Of a DNA stretch of 64,000 nucleotides, positions 58,726-64,000 are shown piece after piece. The notes beneath the pieces are model-generated. The model saw nothing but the letters and a program-made list of their open reading frames with translations. It was not told where the DNA came from and made no database searches. The stretch covers positions 10,368 through 74,367 of the forward strand of contig MFIM01000028.1 of NCBI GenBank assembly GCA_001780725.1, read 5' to 3'. This DNA comes from Candidatus Giovannonibacteria bacterium RIFCSPLOWO2_02_FULL_45_28. Its GTDB lineage: Bacteria; Patescibacteriota; Minisyncoccia; UBA11713; 2-01-FULL-45-33. The position numbers and the translations under genes are program-made. Position 1 is the stretch's first letter; the number at the start of each line of letters is the position of its first letter.

Positions 58726-59598
58726 TCAAATATTTTTTACGTATTCATTTCCGATCTTTTTAATAATACCACGGATTTCTAGAAGGCCGATAACTGATTG
58801 AGCGGTTTGGGTTGGTATTTTGCTTTTTCTAATGAGCGAATCAACGTCCATCGGTTCAACAAGCGCTTCTAAAATTTGTTTTTCTTCCGGAGATAAATCA
58901 AGGGTGTCGGATACCCCACTTGGGTGTCCGACACCCAAGTGGATTCCGTAAGCACGCAAAACATCCTCCGCAGATTCCACAAGCGCCGCGCCTTGTTTAA
59001 TGAGTCTGTTTGTGCCTGCAGAGTTTTGAGAAAACGCCGAGCCAGGAATGGCAAGGACGTCGCGGTTTTGATCAAGCGCGAATTTCGCAGTAATCAAGGC
59101 GCCACTTTTCTCCGGCGCTTCCACGACAAGTGTGGCTTGGGAAAGGCCGGAGATGATGCGGTTTCTTTGCGGAAAACTCCAAAGCGTCGCTTTCATGTTG
59201 TGATCGTACTCGGAAATTATGGCGCCGCCGGCTTCCGTAACGCGCTCGGCAAGCGCCCAGTTTTTCGGCGGATAAAACGCTTCACGCGCAAGGCCTGATC
59301 CCAAAACCGCGATTGTCGGCATTTTGTTTTCCAAACTAGCCTTAGCGACAACAGTGTCAATTCCTGTTGCCATGCCGCTAACAGTCGCAAAGCCGTAAGG
59401 CGCGAGACCCGCTATAATTTTTCTTAAAATCTCCTCTCCGTAAGCGGAATTTCTGCGCGTTCCTACTATTGATAGATAATACTTAGCTTTCGGCCAATCC
59501 CCCCACACAGACAGCTTTTTTGGTGGAAACGGGATTTCCCGCAAGATCTCCGGAAAGTCTTTGTCTTTGAGTTTTATTTCGCGGATATTCTGGGTCAT
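58726..59598 (-). CDS. dprA: DNA-processing protein DprA
   Basis: IVGTR, SGMATGID, FPQRNRIISG, SGALIT; start reassigned to 59598. Confidence 0.94.
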   Translation of the reverse strand: MTQNIREIKLKDKDFPEILREIPFPPKKLSVWGDWPKAKYYLSIVGTRRNSAYGEEILRKIIAGLAPYGFATVSGMATGIDTVVAKASLENKMPTIAVLGSGLAREAFYPPKNWALAERVTEAGGAIISEYDHNMKATLWSFPQRNRIISGLSQATLVVEAPEKSGALITAKFALDQNRDVLAIPGSAFSQNSAGTNRLIKQGAALVESAEDVLRAYGIHLGVGHPSGVSDTLDLSPEEKQILEALVEPMDVDSLIRKSKIPTQTAQSVIGLLEIRGIIKKIGNEYVKNI

Positions 59599-59627
59599 GG
59601 GATTTATATAAGCACAAAACCCCAGAC

Positions 59628-59655
59628 TTGACAAGTTTTTATAAAGGAGTATAAT
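59628..59655 (+). promoter_or_regulatory. Near-consensus sigma70 promoter
   Basis: TTGACA-N16-TATAAT; shares TTGACAAGT and AAAGGAGTATAAT with the 26931 promoter. Confidence 0.7.
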
Positions 59656-59715
59656 ATAGCTAGAGTCCGTTAAATCTATTCTAGCGGATGTTAGCGAGAA
59701 GAAATGGGAGGATTT

Positions 59716-60183
59716 ATGAACGGCATAGGCGGTTCTTTGCATGGAAAAGAGCGCGAGGAGCGTAGTGAGAAAATGCTTGCTTTGCGCGGTACCATTCAGG
59801 GGGTTCGGTATTTTTATGCCCAGACTACTGGGGACGGCGATGTGGAAATCGGAGGAAAAGGCCATATCCACGACGAGGGCTGTGATTTCCCGAGGGATTG
59901 CAATTATCGCAAGCATTTGCTTGCGACTATCACGTGGATTCCTCTGGCATTTTCCGGCATCAAGGCGCCATATAACGGGCACCTTGTTGAGGTGTTGGCA
60001 TACACACCCAAAAAGGACGGCAGGCTTCCGACAGTGAAAGAAGTTGTGAAAGAAGTAGTGGCTACGCCTAGGAGCAAGCCGAGTCCGCTGGTTGACGGTG
60101 ACGAGGACGAAAAAGACGGCGTGCGAAGTAGACGAGGCTATCAGGAAAAATCAATCCCGGGCAATGTAAGGAACGGCCGGTAA
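59716..60183 (+). CDS. Hypothetical protein
   Basis: GGAGG SD; HxH..C....C...H cluster. Confidence 0.6.
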   Translation: MNGIGGSLHGKEREERSEKMLALRGTIQGVRYFYAQTTGDGDVEIGGKGHIHDEGCDFPRDCNYRKHLLATITWIPLAFSGIKAPYNGHLVEVLAYTPKKDGRLPTVKEVVKEVVATPRSKPSPLVDGDEDEKDGVRSRRGYQEKSIPGNVRNGR

Positions 60184-60221
60184 AAAATAACGGACAAAAA
60201 AACCAAAAAGGAGGAGGGACA

Positions 60222-60509
60222 ATGGAAAATCAGAAGCGGGCGTTTGATCCGGAGAGTACCTCGGTGGCGAGGCTGAAAAAGCGGCGAGATTATTTGCGTG
60301 AGCGCGGAGAAAAGAGCGGGGTGGTCGGCAAGCTTTCCAGATTGATCAATAAAATGGAGCGTGGGTGGTCCGGGGCGGTTGTTTCTGAACAGTGGAGCCC
60401 AAAGCCGGACGAGATGCCGGCCAGCATAGTTAAGAAGATTAGGCAACCTAAGGAAAAACCGACCGGCAAGTTCAAGGCCAGCCAGCGCGCGCAGATGAGG
60501 CCGCGTTAA
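60222..60509 (+). CDS. Basic hypothetical protein
   Basis: AAGGAGG SD, 95 aa Lys/Arg-rich. Confidence 0.6.
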   Translation: MENQKRAFDPESTSVARLKKRRDYLRERGEKSGVVGKLSRLINKMERGWSGAVVSEQWSPKPDEMPASIVKKIRQPKEKPTGKFKASQRAQMRPR

Positions 60510-60706
60510 GTTGGGAATTTAAAAAAGAGTGCTTGGGCTTTTTCAAGAAAAATAGGCAAATCTGCCAATCGGCGGAGGCCAAAAGGGGGTGCGACAACGC
60601 GCCCCTTTTTGTTTTATTGCCGGCAAACGGCATGCTTTTGGTTTGTGCCGCGTTGATTTTTGTGCTACTATTTAACTATTCAACAATTTAACCATTAAAC
60701 AAATTA

Positions 60707-62686
60707 ATGCCTAAAAAAGTCGTTAAAAATAAGCCTCAAAAAGCGGGGGGTGAGGGGGGCGGATATACCGCCAAGGACATTTTTGTATTGGAAGGTTTGG
60801 AGCCGGTGCGGAAGCGCCCGGGGATGTATATTGGGTCAACCGGCGTGGACGGGCTGCACCATTTAATTTGGGAGGTGGTTGATAACTCAATTGACGAAGC
60901 CATGGCTGGTTACGCAAAAAATATTGCGGTAACGCTGCTTCCGGATCACCGCGTGCACGTGGTTGACGACGGCCGCGGTATTCCGGTTGAAACACACAAA
61001 CAGACGAAAAAATCCGCGCTTGAAACAGTGATGACAATGCTCCATGCCGGCGGAAAGTTCGGAGGAACCGGATATAAAGTTTCCGGAGGGCTTCACGGAG
61101 TTGGCGTGTCCGTAGTCAATGCTTTGTCTTGCTGGCTGCGTGTGGAAGTTTGCCGAGATGGCGAGCAATGGGCGCAGGAATATCAAAAAGGAAAACCAAA
61201 AACCAAGGTGCAGAAAGTTGGAAAATGTAGAAGCTCCGGAACGGCCGTGACTTTTGAGCCGGATCCGGAAATTTTTATGCCTGTAAATCCGCCGGCTGGC
61301 GGAGGTAAAATTCCGGAATTTGACTGGAAAAAAATCTTAGAAAGGCTGCGCCAGCAGGCCTATCTTACGAAGGGCATAAAAATTTCCGTTGCCGACGAGA
61401 GGCGCAAAGAAAAAGCCGAGCACAAATCGTACGCCTTTTATTTTGAGGGCGGAGTGGCTTCTTATGTTAAATATTTAAATGAGGGGCTTCAGCCAAAACA
61501 CGAAACAATTTTTTATACACAAAAAGAATCCGAAGGGATTATGGTGGAGACCGCGCTTCAATATGTTGATGATCTGCAGGCAAGAGAACTGGCTTTTGCA
61601 AATAATATTTTAAATCCCGACGGCGGGATGCATTCAACGGGTTTTAGAACCGCGCTAACCCGTTCGCTCAATTCTTACGCGAGGAAAAACAGTTATCTTA
61701 AAGAATCCGAAGAAAATCTTACCGGAGAAGACGTGCGCGAGGGGCTTACCGCGATAATTTCAGTGAAATTAAAAAATCCGCAGTTTGAGGGGCAAACGAA
61801 AGCGAAACTCGGCAACCCGGAAGCGCGAACGGCCGTTGAAGACGTTTTTGGAAAATCTTTTGACGCATTTTTGGAAGAGCGTCCCCAAGACGCGCGCGCG
61901 GTTTTGGAAAAGGTCATTTTGGCTCTCAAAGCCCGCAAGGCCGCCAAAGCCGCGAAAGACACAATTTTGCGAAAAGGCGCGCTGGATGGCCTTGCACTTC
62001 CCGGGAAGCTGGCGGATTGCCAATCACGAAACGCGGCGGAGGCGGAAATTTTCATTGTTGAGGGAGATTCTGCCGGAGGTTCGGCCAAGCAGGCCAGAGA
62101 CAGGCGTTTTCAGGCCATACTTCCGCTCCGCGGGAAAATTTTAAATGTTGAAAAAGCCAGGCTGGACAAAATGCTGGCCTCGCAAGAGATAAAAGTTTTG
62201 GTTATCGCCTTGGGCGCGGCAATCGCTGAAAGTTTTGACATAACGAAGCTACGTTATCACCGCGTCGTAATTATGACGGATGCCGATGTTGACGGCGCGC
62301 ATATCAGGACGCTCCTTTTAACGCTTTTTTACAGATACTATTTGTCTCTAATTCAGGCGGGCTACATTTATATTGCCCAACCGCCGCTTTACAAAATTCA
62401 AAAAGGCAAAGAAATAAAATACGCTTACTCCGAAGAAGAAAAAAACAAATTTACCAGGGGCGTTGAAGGCCAAAATATACAGCGATATAAGGGTTTGGGC
62501 GAGATGAATCCGGAGCAGCTTTGGGAAACAACCATGGATCCGGCCAGGCGGATGTTTAGGCAAGTTACCATAGACGACGCCAAAGAAGCCGATAAAATTT
62601 TTGACATACTGATGGGCGACGAAGTTGCACCCCGCAAACTTTTCATCCAAACCCACGCCAAAGCGGTAAAGAATTTGGATATTTAA
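60707..62686 (+). CDS. gyrB: DNA gyrase subunit B
   Basis: RPGMYIG, GGLHGVG, EGDSAGG, DADVDG, RYKGLGEM. Confidence 0.97.
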   Translation: MPKKVVKNKPQKAGGEGGGYTAKDIFVLEGLEPVRKRPGMYIGSTGVDGLHHLIWEVVDNSIDEAMAGYAKNIAVTLLPDHRVHVVDDGRGIPVETHKQTKKSALETVMTMLHAGGKFGGTGYKVSGGLHGVGVSVVNALSCWLRVEVCRDGEQWAQEYQKGKPKTKVQKVGKCRSSGTAVTFEPDPEIFMPVNPPAGGGKIPEFDWKKILERLRQQAYLTKGIKISVADERRKEKAEHKSYAFYFEGGVASYVKYLNEGLQPKHETIFYTQKESEGIMVETALQYVDDLQARELAFANNILNPDGGMHSTGFRTALTRSLNSYARKNSYLKESEENLTGEDVREGLTAIISVKLKNPQFEGQTKAKLGNPEARTAVEDVFGKSFDAFLEERPQDARAVLEKVILALKARKAAKAAKDTILRKGALDGLALPGKLADCQSRNAAEAEIFIVEGDSAGGSAKQARDRRFQAILPLRGKILNVEKARLDKMLASQEIKVLVIALGAAIAESFDITKLRYHRVVIMTDADVDGAHIRTLLLTLFYRYYLSLIQAGYIYIAQPPLYKIQKGKEIKYAYSEEEKNKFTRGVEGQNIQRYKGLGEMNPEQLWETTMDPARRMFRQVTIDDAKEADKIFDILMGDEVAPRKLFIQTHAKAVKNLDI

Positions 62687-62750
62687 ATTGACAAAAATTG
62701 AGTAATTTGCTACCTTAAAAATAGAAAAATCTTACAAAAGGGAGGCCATA

Positions 62751-63356
62751 ATGACAAGTGCGTTGAAAGCAAGGGTTGATAGCCTTGAGAAATCGATTCT
62801 TGCGGAGTTGGAGCTTCTTAAACCAGCCTGCCCGGAGCAGATCAGGAGCGTTTTTGAGAAAAGCTTTGACCGAGTTATTTCAGAACTGATGAAAACGGAG
62901 CTTTTGGGCAATGTCCCGGCCGTGCCAATGATTACTATGCCATATCTCGGCATATATGGTCTTGCTCAGATGGTGAAGCACAATGGCAATGTGTGCCAAG
63001 TTCGTTTAGCTCCGGAAACAATCACTGATACCAGAGAATCCAAAATGCCACTTGACTTATCCTGGGCTCTTGATGTTGAGGACGGAACGAAAACTCTGGG
63101 AAAACATTTTGACCTTGCTGGAAATGAAATACTTCAATCCAATCGACTGCCTCTCACCGTCACTGGAATACTCAATCTTGGCAGAGGCGGAGTTTTGTCC
63201 CGGCACAATGTTGTTGCCACCGGCTCTCGCCTCGGCGACGACGGAGTCGCGCTTTTGTGGCTCAGCGGGGGCGAGCCGAAGCTCTACTGGAGCTGGGCGA
63301 GCTTCTCGGATGCGGAGTGGGGCTCGGCCTCTTGCGGTAGGTATCTGGAACTTTGA
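62751..63356 (+). CDS. DUF5701-like protein, candidate DGR target
   Basis: DVEDG, RLPLT, GSR..D.V..LW.S...PKL.W.W......WGSASC C-terminus. Confidence 0.65.
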   Translation: MTSALKARVDSLEKSILAELELLKPACPEQIRSVFEKSFDRVISELMKTELLGNVPAVPMITMPYLGIYGLAQMVKHNGNVCQVRLAPETITDTRESKMPLDLSWALDVEDGTKTLGKHFDLAGNEILQSNRLPLTVTGILNLGRGGVLSRHNVVATGSRLGDDGVALLWLSGGEPKLYWSWASFSDAEWGSASCGRYLEL

Positions 63357-63471
63357 TCTTTGTGAACTCGGAACTTTTCTTTTCTTGTGTTTTGATTCTC
63401 GTTTTTTTTGAGCGGCCATCTAGGCCGCTTTTTTGTTTTTAATTCAAACCCACGCCATAAAAAAAACGAGC

Positions 63472-64000
63472 TTATTGGCTCGGTTTAAATCCTTGTCCAG
63501 TTTTTTGATAGTAAAAATCGTGCCAGGCTTTTTTGTAAAGTTCATCCAGTACGATACTAACGCGCCCTCGCGGGCACATAATAATTTTTGTTTCTGCGCA
63601 CAACTTTTCTGACGGATGGCCTTGATCCAGAAGATGTCCGAGTTCGTGGAGCAAAAGAGACACGTCTCCATCCGATGCGGGCGTTCCTAATCCGATTTGC
63701 AAAGCCATTTGCTGGCCGAAATATAAGTTCCCGTAAGCTACGCCGGCCGCTCCTTTCATTCGTCCCTCTTTGCTATCAAAATAAGCCAAAGCCGGCCTAA
63801 AAAGCGTTATATACACATCAGCTTCTGCCGGACGTTCCAGTTCATCTACCAACGGCCATATTTTAGCTACGTCAACGGCGTGCGGAATGTTTATATCTTT
63901 ATAAATCGGCGGATTTTTGATGTTCCATTGTTTTGTAAAAGCCAGTTTAAATTTTATCGCGCTCTTATTGTCAAAAATTTCTTTATTGATTATCGCTTCG
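63472..64000 (-). CDS. Metzincin-like zinc metalloprotease (5' end outside window)
   Basis: LLHELGHLLDQGH plus IM Met-turn; frame open to the window edge. Confidence 0.75.
   Translation of the reverse strand, partial: EAIINKEIFDNKSAIKFKLAFTKQWNIKNPPIYKDINIPHAVDVAKIWPLVDELERPAEADVYITLFRPALAYFDSKEGRMKGAAGVAYGNLYFGQQMALQIGLGTPASDGDVSLLLHELGHLLDQGHPSEKLCAETKIIMCPRGRVSIVLDELYKKAWHDFYYQKTGQGFKPSQ

Noticed and set aside
1-64000. CRISPR array, rRNA genes or intact IS elements
   Set aside because: No regularly spaced repeats with spacers, rRNA-like tracts or transposase ORFs were seen.
1-64000. Alternative genetic code (UGA read as Gly or Trp)
   Set aside because: Conserved genes are full-length under code 11, and TGA ends genes at the expected positions, often in ATGA overlaps.

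Overview
Gene-dense bacterial chromosome segment using genetic code 11. Its gene set and style suggest Patescibacteria/CPR, Parcubacteria-like; this is inference, as no rRNA is present. The housekeeping backbone comprises folD, glyA, yvcK, rsmA, pcrA, rpsO, xer, cca, metK, rluA, rplS, apt, gpmI, rny, parB, rel, topA, dprA, gyrB and six tRNAs. It is interleaved with a catabolic gene set unexpected for such a lineage: 2-methylcitrate enzymes, a 2-oxoacid dehydrogenase with fused E1 and split E2 plus LipB, a B12-dependent isobutyryl-CoA-mutase-like pair, and a patatin-to-thiolase beta-oxidation cluster. Most of these accessory units are preceded by one exactly spaced motif (GCTA-N9-YAGA), suggesting a dedicated regulon. 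Many housekeeping genes carry short palindromic or heptamer repeats inserted in frame. Also present: a deletion-collapsed reverse transcriptase remnant, a candidate DGR target, three RelE-type toxin-antitoxin pairs (one frameshifted), a GlmU-like/antitoxin-domain fusion, and a glycoside hydrolase lacking a canonical start codon. All calls were made by eye from motifs; no searches were run.
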